From Sulfolobales archaeon HS-7 (GTDB taxonomy: Archaea; Thermoproteota; Thermoprotei_A; Sulfolobales; Sulfolobaceae): a stretch of DNA of 64,000 nt. Each line of letters starts with the position of its first letter. Position 1 is the first letter of the stretch. Below, in pieces: positions 63,680-64,000 of this stretch. The position numbers were made by a program, and so were the translations under genes. The notes beneath the pieces are model-generated. The model was not told the origin of the DNA and ran no database searches. It saw nothing but the letters and a program-made list of their open reading frames with translations. The DNA lies in contig AP024596.1 in the NCBI GenBank assembly GCA_019704295.1, forward strand, positions 1,376,001-1,440,000. The letters are read 5' to 3'.

Positions 63680-64000
63680 TCAGATCAAATCGGCGACGCA
63701 ATAGAGCATGTAAATCTGATAGGCTTTCAATTTGGCTACCTCCTCAGCTACCTCCTTTCTGTTCGAATCCCCCTTCACTATCATGTCAGAGAATTTCTTG
63801 TAAATGTCCCTGTTCACTTGCTCTGAGAAGATCTCATCGTAAAGCTTTTCCAAGCTAATGGGTCTCTCTCCTCCCAATTTGCTCAGGTAAATTTGGTGCA
63901 CGTCGTAAAATCCCATTACTCGCAGAATGGCAGAGTTAGTTACTCCTAACTTACTCAAGATCTCCGATTGACCAAAGTGGACGATGCTCTCTAAGGAACC
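63680..64000 (-). CDS. C-terminal part of a possible RNase H-like/DEDD exonuclease domain protein
   Basis: Frame open to the window edge; IVHFGQSE, YDVH...SLEKL, LYCVAD (ExoIII-like Y..D). Confidence 0.35.
   Translation of the reverse strand, partial: GSLESIVHFGQSEILSKLGVTNSAILRVMGFYDVHQIYLSKLGGERPISLEKLYDEIFSEQVNRDIYKKFSDMIVKGDSNRKEVAEEVAKLKAYQIYMLYCVADLI

Noticed and set aside
1-64000. tRNA, rRNA, C/D-box sRNA, integrase or proviral genes
   Set aside because: No convincing cloverleaf, rRNA signature, paired C/D boxes or integrase motif seen; tRNAscan and Infernal would be needed to exclude them.

Overview
Window from a Sulfolobales-type crenarchaeon (inferred from thermopsin, GH116, DUF3782-like coiled-coil nucleases, ISC-like elements and leaderless TATA promoters). 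The left part (1-28 kb) is mostly intact: M1 aminopeptidase, a carotenoid-glycoside cluster (GT2-crtY-crtB / crtZ-crtI), an ECF transporter, GH116, thermopsin, a CDF transporter and two repeat-expanded coiled-coil PD-(D/E)XK proteins. The right part (28-64 kb) is a decaying accessory island: surface glycosylation genes (flippase, seven GTs, four SAM methyltransferases, a large polytopic protein), several ATPase, TA and defence-like modules, and many nested IS remnants and MITEs. Most notable: (1) a dispersed ~120-180 bp non-autonomous element with no terminal inverted repeats, a CT core at both ends and asymmetric subterminal IRs. It looks IS110-type, and one copy joins two unrelated IS at shared AACTNTTGGG sites. 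(2) An RHH-DUF5678-like + retropepsin two-gene module with a repeat operator. (3) An atypical ABC-ATPase + TOPRIM pair. (4) A methyltransferase switched off at an (AT)6 tract. No tRNA, rRNA or CRISPR array was seen. All family calls come from motif recognition by eye, not database searches.
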